From: a virus
Taxonomy: Duplodnaviria > Caudoviricetes
Reading direction: 5' to 3' (one strand)
Length of the DNA: 64,000 nt
IMG/VR virus record: IMGVR_UViG_3300025362_000477
Shown here: in pieces, positions 47,909 through 57,799 of the stretch
Layout of the letters: every line of letters starts with the position of its first letter
Numbering within the stretch: the first letter of the stretch is position 1
Program-made: the position numbers and the translations under genes
Notes under the pieces: generated by a model
What the model saw: only the letters and a program-made list of their open reading frames with translations
The model's database searches: none
What the model was told of the DNA's origin: nothing

Positions 47909-47999
47909 TGGCGGAAGTAGAGAGGGTCAAACTCCCAAGGCCTTTCAGCTCAACTATTTTCAAGACAGTCCCCGTCGTCAGCTATCGGGTTGTACTTCC
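47909..47999 (-). tRNA. tRNA-Ser(UGA), non-canonical D-arm
   Basis: GGAAGTA/TACTTCC acceptor, ACTGT CT TGA AA ATAGT arm, long variable arm, G73, T-loop TTTGACC. Confidence 0.8.
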
Positions 48000-48094
48000 G
48001 TATAATTTAATATAATCTATGAAACTTGATGATCGTCTAAGAATACATGAAAATGTACTCAAAAATCTGTTCAGTTAATGTTTTATAACCCATT

Positions 48095-48307
48095 TCATAG
48101 TCCTTTTAATTCTCCAAGGACATTTAAATGACTTAATAGAACACCGCCAGATATTCCTTCTATTAAAACCACCGGTTCACCATGCCCTAATTCCCAAGAC
48201 TCAGATCTAGTTTTGGTGAATATTGGTAAATCCTTAGATGATAAAATTGGATGATATGAAACTCTGGTTCCTTTTGGATATTTCTCATTCCATTCTTTTG
48301 ATGTCAT
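48095..48307 (-). CDS. Hypothetical phage protein
   Basis: WNEKYPKGTRV...TKTRSESWELGHGEPVV. Confidence 0.6.
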   Translation of the reverse strand: MTSKEWNEKYPKGTRVSYHPILSSKDLPIFTKTRSESWELGHGEPVVLIEGISGGVLLSHLNVLGELKGL

Positions 48308-48323
48308 TTGACTCCTCTAATAA

Positions 48324-48689
48324 TGGTGGAAGCGGGGAGAATTGAACTCCCGTCCCAATCAGTATTCATCATACCTTCGTTCACGTGTGTAGTCTCTATT
48401 TTCTTTTGCTGAAACATAGCCGCACTGAGAATCTCTTCAAGAGGGTTGTTATACCACACTCAGTTCCCTCGTTATTGTCTTTTACCCAGACAACCAGGGG
48501 ATCTACCTTAGTAATCGACACTAATAACATCTACCAAGATTATCTCGATGCGTTCATGGGCTTCAATTAAGCTGCCATTGCGAATTCAGTGTTACCACTT
48601 ATTCTTAGAAGGCTTTTTACGAGGCCAACCTTACCATACCTCGACACGCAGAAATGATTCCAATTGAAAGGTCGAATCCAGACGCTCCC
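48324..48689 (-). ncRNA. ssrA: tmRNA; tag peptide (A)GNTEFAMAA
   Basis: 5' GGGAGCGTCTGGATTCGAC, G3:U70 acceptor, 3' GGGAGTTCAATTCTCCCCGCTTCCACCA, tag ORF at 48596-48567. Confidence 0.95.
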
Positions 48690-48712
48690 ATTATCATTAC
48701 TTTTATATTGTT

Positions 48713-49018
48713 CTAATAACTTTTCATTTCTTGCCCCATACTCTTAAATGCATTCTCTGTGATATCATAATCAATAAGACTAGAAAATGCTAAAGATAAT
48801 AACCAATCTCGTTTTTTAGTTATAATCTCTTCAGCTAAAGAAGCCATTGGAGTTAAATCATTAATTTTAGATTGTAATTCATATACCTCTTTCGGTGTCC
48901 AATCTACATCACATCCACATTCAATACTTGCATGAGCTCCACATTGGCAACCCATCCCTTCAGTATAATTTTCCAAATCATCAGGAATAATATATTTTTT
49001 ATTTTCCATAGTTTCCAA
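48713..49018 (-). CDS. Hypothetical protein
   Basis: GCQCGAHASIECGC motif. Confidence 0.55.
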   Translation of the reverse strand: METMENKKYIIPDDLENYTEGMGCQCGAHASIECGCDVDWTPKEVYELQSKINDLTPMASLAEEIITKKRDWLLSLAFSSLIDYDITENAFKSMGQEMKSY

Positions 49019-49493
49019 TCAATTGTTTCTCAGATTCGATTGCCCAATCTGTGATATCCTTCTGAAATGAAGTAGTCGCACTATCAACATGTTCCTCTAT
49101 GAGATCAGCAGCATCTTCTGGGCAGTAACTTGGAACTCTCACCTTTATGGCTGTCCGACCAGGTGATAGTGTTCTATTGAATCCCGATTGAACTTTCATA
49201 TTAGCCAGTTCATGGACTATTGATTTAACTGTTGATCCATTCACAGGTATGATATTCTCTACCTCAGATTCAACTATTCGATCTTCAATGTTGCAACCAC
49301 TATCACTACAATCTTCTGGGATCATTGATTGGATTATGTTTGTTAATTTCAATATGTTAGAAAGGACTTCATTTGGTGTCCCATCAACAATACCACCATC
49401 AGGTGTTTCAATGATAATATGATTCTTATCTTTATCATATCTAACTTTAATCTTTCTATTATTACATATACGCAATACTCTATAATTAGCCAT
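48999..49493 (-). CDS. Hypothetical protein
   Basis: 164-aa ORF. Confidence 0.55.
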   Translation of the reverse strand: MANYRVLRICNNRKIKVRYDKDKNHIIIETPDGGIVDGTPNEVLSNILKLTNIIQSMIPEDCSDSGCNIEDRIVESEVENIIPVNGSTVKSIVHELANMKVQSGFNRTLSPGRTAIKVRVPSYCPEDAADLIEEHVDSATTSFQKDITDWAIESEKQLIGNYGK

Positions 49494-49823
49494 TTGCTTT
49501 TCCTTTGTTTAAATTATCACACATTCTATGAGCCTCTGAATATGATCCGGCATCTTCAAAATTCCAGAACACTAGAAGAAACCTCTTCTGTATAATCCAT
49601 ATGTCGTTTATACGGTCACAAACTTTAACTCTATATTTATCCATATATTTTCCTTAACCAGCATCAAAGGTTTTCAGTAATATTAAATCCGGGTGAACTT
49701 TATAATCAGTTGCAAATCCTAAATACTCTTCAACTTCATCAGTAGTTAGATCACCTGCTTCAAATATTTGACATCCGGAAAGATTCGAAAATGTAGTACC
49801 ATCATTCAATACCATTATCTTAC

Positions 49824-50276
49824 TCATAATACAGAACCCTCTGATAAAGGTATCATAGTTTCTATCATCTTAATCATATTCTCAAAGTTATCATCAACCA
49901 ATATACAATGACATGATTTCGGGAAGTATTTGAAATATTGTTCACAGTCATCAAAATGAATGTCGAGACCCTGTCTCATTGCATATTTCCCTTTTGAACT
50001 ATCCCATACCTCATCCGGCAAATACCAATAACCATTCTTTCTAGTCATCTCAGTCCCAGCATTATAATGGAAATCAACGATTGAATAGAAGTGATTGAAT
50101 TTAACACCATGTTGAGTAACTAGTTCTTCAGCCTCTTTCTGAGTCTGTCCAGTTAGAATATAAACATGATGCCCAGCATCCAATAATGCTTTCGATAATC
50201 GAGTAAAGAATCCTGAATGACGCGTAATAACTCCATGATAATCCAATCCAACTCTCAATACTTTTTTATTTTCCAT
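49824..50276 (-). CDS. HAD-like acid phosphatase/nucleotidase
   Basis: VGLDYHGVI, YILTG, K...DIHFDD. Confidence 0.7.
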   Translation of the reverse strand: MENKKVLRVGLDYHGVITRHSGFFTRLSKALLDAGHHVYILTGQTQKEAEELVTQHGVKFNHFYSIVDFHYNAGTEMTRKNGYWYLPDEVWDSSKGKYAMRQGLDIHFDDCEQYFKYFPKSCHCILVDDNFENMIKMIETMIPLSEGSVL

Positions 50277-50344
50277 AAGATAACTCCTCCATTTCTAAAA
50301 CTTTCTTCCAAGTCACAAGATCATGTAAACCCAATAACATAATG

Positions 50345-51409
50345 CTATTCGAATCGATCATACCAAAAACTCCACCTATCTGTAGGTGTACTATAAAATT
50401 GAATATTATTATTTCTTGTAGTGGTATATGAAGAAGTTGGTTCCCACATATTTTTCTTTTTTCTTTTAGCTATTTGTAATGATATGCCTTTACGAAGATT
50501 CGTTATTCTATAATGTTGTATTTGACCAGTCCTAAATGCAGTATTTGTCAAATAATTCATTACAATTCTTAATTTATCATTCGTAGTTCTATCCATATCA
50601 CCTAAATAACCGAACAATCGATCACAGCACCATTCCGGTCGACTCTTCCATTGTTTTAGAAGATTCTTCCTGACAAGTTGCCATTCATCATTATTCACCA
50701 AATCTTTCATTGCTTTTCTATCAACCATTGTCCACTTATCACTTTTAGTCTCTCGAATCAGATCTTCATCACTCTGAACGTAATCTTTCGGAACTTCTAA
50801 ATGATAATTTCCATCTGCTTGTCTATGATAAACATGTTCAGTATATCGAAACCCTGGATATTCAGAATCAGTATATGAACCAAAATAACTAGAATTAAAT
50901 CTACGATGTTCATGTATACACTCAGAAGTTTTCCATACTAAAGTATAACTTGCTTGTTGATCTTCTGATAATAACTGACCATCTAATGGACCACCAACAA
51001 ATCTAGGTTCTCTTGTTGTTGGAACTGCATATCGACGGAACATTTCATCTTCCATACCCCCAATAATAGTATTAGACATCTGATGGGCATGTAATCTTGC
51101 CCTCTGCAAATATTCATATTCACGTCTAGCTTCTTCTGAATCCGGCATACCTTCCATATCCATATAATATCGATTATTGTATTCAATAGTACATTCTCTA
51201 TTTTTTTGAACGGTCATATTATAATTATCTTCTCTTCTATTATTATATTCTATATTTGGTCCGGTCGTCAATACAGTATCATACATTGGTGATGATGTTC
51301 TGCTATCTGACAATATAGATAATTCATATAACATAGCTTTCATATGATCATCACAATCAGATGAATTAGTCGAAGATCGTAGATAATCCCCATAGTCTAT
51401 CATACTCAT
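50345..51409 (-). CDS. Hypothetical protein, probably multidomain
   Basis: 354-aa ORF with AGGAG RBS. Confidence 0.6.
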   Translation of the reverse strand: MSMIDYGDYLRSSTNSSDCDDHMKAMLYELSILSDSRTSSPMYDTVLTTGPNIEYNNRREDNYNMTVQKNRECTIEYNNRYYMDMEGMPDSEEARREYEYLQRARLHAHQMSNTIIGGMEDEMFRRYAVPTTREPRFVGGPLDGQLLSEDQQASYTLVWKTSECIHEHRRFNSSYFGSYTDSEYPGFRYTEHVYHRQADGNYHLEVPKDYVQSDEDLIRETKSDKWTMVDRKAMKDLVNNDEWQLVRKNLLKQWKSRPEWCCDRLFGYLGDMDRTTNDKLRIVMNYLTNTAFRTGQIQHYRITNLRKGISLQIAKRKKKNMWEPTSSYTTTRNNNIQFYSTPTDRWSFWYDRFE

Positions 51410-51430
51410 TAAAAACTCCTTTAATTTATA

Positions 51431-51516
51431 TGGCTCTAGTGACAGGATTCGAACCTGTAGTGCATTGCTGCGTCGGATTAACAGTCCGGTAGGGTTACCA
51501 ATTTTCTTACACTAGA
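51431..51516 (-). tRNA. tRNA-Asn(GUU) with an unusual long variable arm
   Basis: TCTAGTG/CACTAGA acceptor, CT GTT AA loop, 14-nt variable arm with a GCA-GCAA-TGC hairpin, G73. Confidence 0.78.
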
Positions 51517-51644
51517 TTATCAAAAGAATATAATCAATCCCTTCATACGCGCCACATTCTCTTCTCCGAATGAAAAAATACGCATGCCTCGATCACATCG
51601 GTTTTAATCTACACCACTTATGATTGATTATACAATAACATATT

Positions 51645-51977
51645 TTAGTCCCACAACCATTGATCTGAATTTTTAAATATTGGGATATTATCATAGTCTT
51701 CGTGAACCATGCATTTTTGAACTTTCGCACGTTCCAAGTGACGATTATCCTGCTTAAACCATTTTGGTGGTTTGTTGCGAGGTTTTCTATCTCGACCTTT
51801 ATTATGATAATGAGCCTTCAGTATCCATCCACAACATGGAATACACCAATTACCTCGAACTCTGGGTTTAAATTTCGCCCATTCATCTTTATAATATTCA
51901 TTAAATTCTTCATCCGCCCAAAATTTATCCTTGGCGTGATAATACCAATCTTCTATATTTCTATATGTTCTACTCAT
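51645..51977 (-). CDS. Basic hypothetical protein
   Basis: MSRTYR...KPPKWFK. Confidence 0.6.
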   Translation of the reverse strand: MSRTYRNIEDWYYHAKDKFWADEEFNEYYKDEWAKFKPRVRGNWCIPCCGWILKAHYHNKGRDRKPRNKPPKWFKQDNRHLERAKVQKCMVHEDYDNIPIFKNSDQWLWD

Positions 51978-52085
51978 ATTATGTCTCCTATTAGGTTAAG
52001 CCTAACTAGAAAACTTTCAACGACCATCTGTATACATTCATGTTATTTCTCCTACGGTTTGTATTTTATTCTATTTATTTTAAAA

Positions 52086-52307
52086 CTAATCTACTACTAC
52101 AAATAACTTAACAATCGGCTTATCTTCAATCTCATCTATACAAAGATCATCAACTTCACCAACATCATATAATATCCGTTTCAATCCGGAAATATCTTTA
52201 TGATCTAAAGTAATGGTTGATGATGCATTACCGTTCATGACACTTATACTTAACTGTTTAGTCTTCCAATCATGTTGTCTACTATACCGAAAATCGCATA
52301 ATGACAT
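52086..52307 (-). CDS. Hypothetical protein
   Basis: 73-aa ORF. Confidence 0.5.
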   Translation of the reverse strand: MSLCDFRYSRQHDWKTKQLSISVMNGNASSTITLDHKDISGLKRILYDVGEVDDLCIDEIEDKPIVKLFVVVD

Positions 52308-52310
52308 AAT

Positions 52311-53369
52311 CTATCCTTTATAATAATCGTATTTAGTTGAAAGGTACTTCTTATAATTTAATGGACTAATTAATTTCAAACCCCTTAGATCCGAGCTAGA
52401 GATATGTTGATAAGTTAACCCACTTTGGAAATAAGCTATATTACATTCACCCATCTCCTCCATAAAACGTCTCAGGTTAGCTTCATATCGAAGGTCATAA
52501 CCATCACGCAGACCCCGAACCAAAGTAACATCAGCATACTCATTAACCTCTTTTAGATAGTCAGTTGTCAACCCCTCATGGAATACTATTTCATGAAATG
52601 GGAGTGAGCGTCTCAATTCATCGTCCCATTGAGTATCTTCTGCTTTATCTGGATTCTTAGCAGCCAATATTATAACTTTATCAAATATCCTCTCAGCTTG
52701 TTCAAGGATATTCAAATGACCAATATGGAATGGTTTAAATGAACCAGCATAAACACCAATCTTTGGACGATATGTTTTCAATGCTTCTCTATACTGAATC
52801 AAGTTATCAACGCCTGCATTAGACGGGGTATTTTTAATAGCTTCAGTTATGAAATCAACTCGTGCCTGAACGAATGATGGATATGATACATACTGATATT
52901 CCTTCATTATTTTCATACCATTACTAATTAAAGCATGAGTAGGAAGACGAAACATGATATCAAAATCAAACCCTCTGAATATCATAGACATATCAGAAGA
53001 AGGATCTTTTAATGGGAAGTTATATTCTGTATCCATAATCGCATCATATATCCTGATACATTCTTCACATTCCCGCTTCGATTCATCAACATGTTTTATG
53101 AAATATTTTGCTGATTCCTCTTCATTAATTGTAGAATGAGGATCATATATCACATCATGGAATATAGCAACTAGATCCAACTCATCCCTCATCACTTTAT
53201 CTTTAATCACATCAATTGATTTAATAAGAGATTTTAGATGAGTTATATCATGGTAATATCTATGATGCTCATACCATTTACGTAAACAATCATCTATGAT
53301 ACCCATTGGGATATTCAGTTCTTGTCTAACTTCATTATCTTTAAATCTTTGAAATAATATAATACTCAT
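52311..53369 (-). CDS. coaD: HD-like phosphohydrolase fused to phosphopantetheine adenylyltransferase
   Basis: RYYHDITH, AIFHDVIYDP; GVYAGSFKPFHIGH, VRGLRD, HISSSDLR. Confidence 0.85.
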   Translation of the reverse strand: MSIILFQRFKDNEVRQELNIPMGIIDDCLRKWYEHHRYYHDITHLKSLIKSIDVIKDKVMRDELDLVAIFHDVIYDPHSTINEEESAKYFIKHVDESKRECEECIRIYDAIMDTEYNFPLKDPSSDMSMIFRGFDFDIMFRLPTHALISNGMKIMKEYQYVSYPSFVQARVDFITEAIKNTPSNAGVDNLIQYREALKTYRPKIGVYAGSFKPFHIGHLNILEQAERIFDKVIILAAKNPDKAEDTQWDDELRRSLPFHEIVFHEGLTTDYLKEVNEYADVTLVRGLRDGYDLRYEANLRRFMEEMGECNIAYFQSGLTYQHISSSDLRGLKLISPLNYKKYLSTKYDYYKG

Positions 53370-53371
53370 AT

Positions 53372-53554
53372 TTATCTCCTATAGTTTTCAGATGAGAATT
53401 GTGATGTATCTGTTACGACCTCTGTACTTGATGTGAATTGCTTCCACATATTCTCGATTAATTGGGGACCTTTAAAAATAAAGAATGCCGCAATAACCAT
53501 AATTATAATTAATCGTCTGCGTTTCTGTCTTCGAGCATTCCTGAGATCAAACAT
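53372..53554 (-). CDS. Small membrane protein
   Basis: Basic N-terminus followed by one TM segment. Confidence 0.5.
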   Translation of the reverse strand: MFDLRNARRQKRRRLIIIMVIAAFFIFKGPQLIENMWKQFTSSTEVVTDTSQFSSENYRR

Positions 53555-54125
53555 TTTTAATCCTTTCTGCCATTACAAACCGAATCATTTTTATAACTAC
53601 TAATGCATCAGCCATTGCAGTATGAGCAACTTGACCAGTTATTCCGCAGCGTCTCATACACTCTTTTGAGTCAGGCAAGTCTGGATCATCTGGTCTCATG
53701 AGCATTGAAGCTGGATCAATGAAACGATGACCTAGATCAATCCCATAATCACCAAGATCAGTATACCTTAGGAATTGAAGGTCAAACGCCCCAAAATTCT
53801 TACCAGCACATTGAAGTGCCTTCTTGCTTGTTGAGTAACCATTATCTTCTAAAAAGAGATTGAAATCCTCTCCAAACTCACCATCTTCACAATATACATA
53901 ACCTAGAGTCCTTTCATGGATCCTTCTGAAAATCTCACCATGTAGCGATAATGCATATGGTTCACCTTCATAAGTATTCTTTACATTGTAACAATGATAA
54001 CGTGGAAGGTTATTAACATGAACTTCCGGGTGTTCAGTATCATCAATGATTGCTGCGAATTCTAATAAGTCGCATCTTTGTACATCCAGTCCAGTTGTCT
54101 CTATATCTATTGATAAGTATTTCAT
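53547..54125 (-). CDS. DEDDh 3'-5' exonuclease
   Basis: SIDIETTG, GKNFGAFDLQF, HTAMADA. Confidence 0.88.
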   Translation of the reverse strand: MKYLSIDIETTGLDVQRCDLLEFAAIIDDTEHPEVHVNNLPRYHCYNVKNTYEGEPYALSLHGEIFRRIHERTLGYVYCEDGEFGEDFNLFLEDNGYSTSKKALQCAGKNFGAFDLQFLRYTDLGDYGIDLGHRFIDPASMLMRPDDPDLPDSKECMRRCGITGQVAHTAMADALVVIKMIRFVMAERIKNV

Positions 54126-54331
54126 GTTAATCTCCTATGATTCAGTTCTTTAAGTGGTTACATTTAATACATCTTTTTACGATGCATGGATGATTCTTAT
54201 ATCCAATATCAATTCTTTGTCTATGCCAATGGATTCCGATCTTACACCAAAATGATTTCTTTACTTGGCATTCTAATTGATCTGTTCCATCAGGGTTCTT
54301 ATATCCAGTTTTAGCCATAATTTAATTTCCT

Positions 54332-54625
54332 TTAATCAAAGAACATATTTTTAAGAAAGATGAAACCAATACTAACCGAAATTATTGATCCCCATGGAAA
54401 ACCATTTTCATCCTTATCTTTCTCTGGTTGATTATGATTGATTTTCAAATCATTATTAGATGATAACGCATTCAACCAATCAAGTTTATTCTTGATTTTA
54501 CATATAAAATCAGCATTCTCTTTGGTTACTGGAACAATCATAAGTGTTTCTATCAAAAACTTTTTATAATTCTTGATATACATATCACCCTTCATATTAG
54601 GAACACCATAAGTGATCGCTTCCAT
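54332..54625 (-). CDS. Hypothetical protein with a C-terminal TM segment
   Basis: 97-aa ORF. Confidence 0.5.
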   Translation of the reverse strand: MEAITYGVPNMKGDMYIKNYKKFLIETLMIVPVTKENADFICKIKNKLDWLNALSSNNDLKINHNQPEKDKDENGFPWGSIISVSIGFIFLKNMFFD

Positions 54626-54765
54626 TATTATCTGAGCTGCATCTTCATTAATAATATGAAACTGAGAGATTACTTATATCCCCCACTTCTGATGATGATA
54701 GAAAAGAAGAAATACTGAATATGCTCAATATCACTAATAATATACCTAACGGTATCATTATTTTT

Positions 54766-55023
54766 TTATGTTTCTTTAGGAACTGTTTCATTCTTATCCT
54801 CCTTAAATGCTGATAATGGTAATCTATATGCTTCTTTATTCCATTGTCTCGGGCATACCCAATTAGGTACCCATCTACATGCGTCCTGACTATACCATTC
54901 AACTTTTTGCCATAAGTCATATTGACACATAACTGCAGTTACTTCTTCTGACATATCTCTAAATTGCACCTTGTCTTCATTTAAAAATTCTAATATCAAG
55001 TCCGGTTTAAATTTGTCATTCAT
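54766..55023 (-). CDS. Hypothetical protein
   Basis: Start taken at MNDKF with a GGAG RBS. Confidence 0.5.
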   Translation of the reverse strand: MNDKFKPDLILEFLNEDKVQFRDMSEEVTAVMCQYDLWQKVEWYSQDACRWVPNWVCPRQWNKEAYRLPLSAFKEDKNETVPKET

Positions 55024-55083
55024 TATGAATCTCCTTTTGACGTGTAATAAGCACACCTATCAAAAGATAGATGTGCTTTAAAA

Positions 55084-55159
55084 TGGTGGGCCCGGACGGG
55101 ATCGAACCGCCGATACACAAATTATGAGTTTGTCGCCGTAACCACTTGGCCACGGGCCC
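55084..55159 (-). tRNA. tRNA(CAU): elongator Met or lysidine-modified Ile2
   Basis: GGGCCCG acceptor, ACAAA CT CAT AA TTTGT arm, ACCA. Confidence 0.88.
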
Positions 55160-55166
55160 ATTTTAA

Positions 55167-55637
55167 TTATATTCCGTTTTTATCTAAAATCTCTTTTATT
55201 TGTTTTAATGCTAATAAAGAAGAATCAACAATAGTAACACATTTAGATAAACTACCATAATGATGCTCTAAACAATCAAGTAAAAGTTCTTTAATCAAGG
55301 ATTCATCTGGTCTATTTTGTAGTTTAGATTCAACATACATTTTCTCAAGTGCAGTCTCTTTTTCCTCAAACCATGATCGAATATCTTTCTCAGTCCATTC
55401 TCCCCGACGTATAGATTTCAATTGCTCTCTGTTTTGAGTGATATCTAAATCACCATTAACAAGAATTTGCTCAACTTCATTAATCAATCGGACGATATGA
55501 TATGCGAATTTACAATCGAGTCCATGATCATGGATTGATTGTGTTCTCTTACTATGATCCAACATAGTTTTATATAATGAATGATATTCTAATAATTGTT
55601 CATCGCTAAGATGTGATAAGTTTAAAATTTGAGTCAT
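55167..55637 (-). CDS. C-terminal fragment of an RlaP/Nuc-transf-like nucleotidyltransferase
   Basis: HGLDCKFAYHIVRLINEVEQIL...LKSIRRGEW...PDESLIKELL; ATG inside the 3' end of the endonuclease gene. Confidence 0.8.
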   Translation of the reverse strand: MTQILNLSHLSDEQLLEYHSLYKTMLDHSKRTQSIHDHGLDCKFAYHIVRLINEVEQILVNGDLDITQNREQLKSIRRGEWTEKDIRSWFEEKETALEKMYVESKLQNRPDESLIKELLLDCLEHHYGSLSKCVTIVDSSLLALKQIKEILDKNGI

Positions 55638-56541
55638 AATTTTTTCCATTATTAAAAGATTTAAATATTTTATTAATAATATTAATTCGTTCCGGAATTT
55701 CAATTTCAGGATCACTAAGAATACCAAATAATAAATTATTTTGTACACAATATTTCTTATAAGCTGATAGTTTCATTTTAGAATCAATCAATTTACAAAT
55801 CCCTAACGGTTTGACTTCTAATATTGCTACGTAACCACTTTGAAATTCAACAAAGAAATCTATTCTAGTATACCGAACCATATTCTTAACATGATCATAA
55901 AAAGGGATGGTAAAAGGTTCCAGTTGAAATTTCACTACTAATGAATTTGAATCTAATAATTTAGCTACAATCTTTTCCCATGAACTCCTGCAATATATTT
56001 TTCCGGCCTTTATCGTTTCTATGAAACCACAATCATAATTTTTATGGACCGAATTATTTTTTAATTTATCAGTCCCGGCCATCGATTTACTTAATTTCTC
56101 AGCAAATTTCTTTCTCCAAGTTTTATCACGACCCATCCATAATTTAAAACATCTATCAGAATGAGCCTTTCTATTATCATCCGATGATAAAATAGATTGT
56201 CTAAATGGATTTCTATCTCCAGTAAAATCTGCATGATTTTTAGACATTTGTTTTTTTGTCTTATCAGAGTGTGATCTTCCCCAAAATGGATTATCTTCAC
56301 CAATAAATTTACCCTTCATTAATAGTTTTTGCCTATCCGTCCATTTGCATCCTTTTTTTCTACCAGCTTTGTTTTTACCCGATTTATATGAGAATCTCGG
56401 TGGAATTTCTAAATTATATCTTTTAGATAATTCTAGGATCTTTCGTTTTTTACAATCATATATAATAGAAATATTCTCAGCTGATAATCCTTCATCTATA
56501 TACTGTTTTAATTCATCGCTTGATAATATAAATGTACTCAT
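55606..56541 (-). mobile_element. Free-standing endonuclease (NUMOD3-like repeats plus a TnsA-N-like PD-(D/E)XK domain) splitting the nucleotidyltransferase
   Basis: YCRSSWEKIVAKLLD...LEPFTIPF...RYTRIDFFVEF...ILEVKP. Confidence 0.78.
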
Positions 56542-56590
56542 ACTTCATCCTTTTAATTTATTCCAATGAAGAAGCATAACCTTTGAATTA

Positions 56591-57202
56591 TTATAATTTT
56601 CTCTTCTTCAGTTCTTGTTCAATATCTAATAACTGAACATTGGATGATATGTTATGTAAAAATTCAAATTTTTTAACTGGTTCCACATGTGGGTGATATT
56701 TGGTTTTTATTTTATGCAAAGTAGAATAAGCATAACCTTTAAATTTATTCCAACATCCTTTGTGAAGAAATATCTTCCGACGTCCTCTCACCATATTACC
56801 AACTTCGGTTATATGAAGAATTGCTCTGAGTGGAGTGAATAAAGAATCAATCATATTTGGGTTATTTTCCATACATAATTGAAAGTACTTCACTATATTA
56901 TAAATTGCTACATCAATCTCTTGACCTTTACCACCTCTCAAAGTAGGATCTATAATATGGTGTTGCTGATATTGATCAAATCTTTTAATCTGACTTCCGA
57001 ATCCACCAATAACACCATCCAAGTGTGGAAAAATTACATCCTTTGGTGGGATACAGAATCCATAGATATCAAGATCAGCAGTATCACTTGATACTCCATA
57101 AGCAACACTACCCATCATCGTCTCATATTGAATATTAGTTGCTAAGAATTTAGGTGGAGTTATTAACTTCTGTTGAATGAGCCTTGATGTTATACATGCC
57201 AT
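56591..57202 (-). CDS. N-terminal fragment of an RlaP/Nuc-transf-like (Pol-beta fold) nucleotidyltransferase
   Basis: MGSVAYGVSSDTADLDIYG (GS..DxD), NNPNMIDSLF, KFKGYAYSTL. Confidence 0.88.
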   Translation of the reverse strand: MACITSRLIQQKLITPPKFLATNIQYETMMGSVAYGVSSDTADLDIYGFCIPPKDVIFPHLDGVIGGFGSQIKRFDQYQQHHIIDPTLRGGKGQEIDVAIYNIVKYFQLCMENNPNMIDSLFTPLRAILHITEVGNMVRGRRKIFLHKGCWNKFKGYAYSTLHKIKTKYHPHVEPVKKFEFLHNISSNVQLLDIEQELKKRKL

Positions 57203-57361
57203 TACAACACCTCCTCAACCTTTCCGAGAGCAAAATTTACTCCTGCTAGAAAGGCACCATCCCATATATTAGCATCAGTCCAATTAGGGAATAATCCATC
57301 ATCAAAATCACGACTTTCAACAGAAGTTGCCATAATCTCTTTTTCAGTTATATTTAATTTA

Positions 57362-57799
57362 TTATTGATCAGTACCATCTTCTACCCTCTTTATTTGATC
57401 CAGACAAGATCTCACAACATCATCTGAATATCCAGTTGTTAAATTTATATGTATTACTATTTGATCGAAAGATAATCCCTCATCCCTCAATGTATAAATT
57501 GTCCTATACACTTCTGAATCATATAACAATTTTTCCATGTTAGATGGTCTTTTACATATAGGACAGTTCACCCCAACTGTCCAAGATGCACTGCTTCCAT
57601 CTTTTAATTGTTTGTGAACTCTCCCAGCAAGCCATGAATGTCCATTTATACATGTTCTTATAGTTGGATAATTCCACTTCAATCCCTCATTCATATTCTC
57701 ATTCGCAAATATGTTTATAGCTTTAACAATATGATTATCAGTTTCTTTTTCTTCTTTTTTTTCCTTTATCTTTTCTAAAAGATAATTTATCAAACCCAT
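57362..57799 (-). CDS. Hypothetical protein with a zinc ribbon
   Basis: CINGH...CPIC. Confidence 0.6.
   Translation of the reverse strand: MGLINYLLEKIKEKKEEKETDNHIVKAINIFANENMNEGLKWNYPTIRTCINGHSWLAGRVHKQLKDGSSASWTVGVNCPICKRPSNMEKLLYDSEVYRTIYTLRDEGLSFDQIVIHINLTTGYSDDVVRSCLDQIKRVEDGTDQ

Noticed and set aside
47909-47999. Possible selenocysteine tRNA (GGAAG start, odd D-arm, long variable arm)
   Set aside because: The anticodon reads UGA (decodes UCA, Ser), not UCA, and the acceptor stem is 7 bp.
41529-48570. ORFs overlapping RNA genes (41529.., 42448.., 43020..43220, 48385..)
   Set aside because: Better explained by the tRNAs and tmRNA they overlap.
55617-56593. Group I or II intron interpretation of the insert in the nucleotidyltransferase
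   Set aside because: Only about 50 non-coding nt are available, no ribozyme core elements are visible, and the endonuclease ORF runs into the downstream half. An Infernal scan would be decisive.
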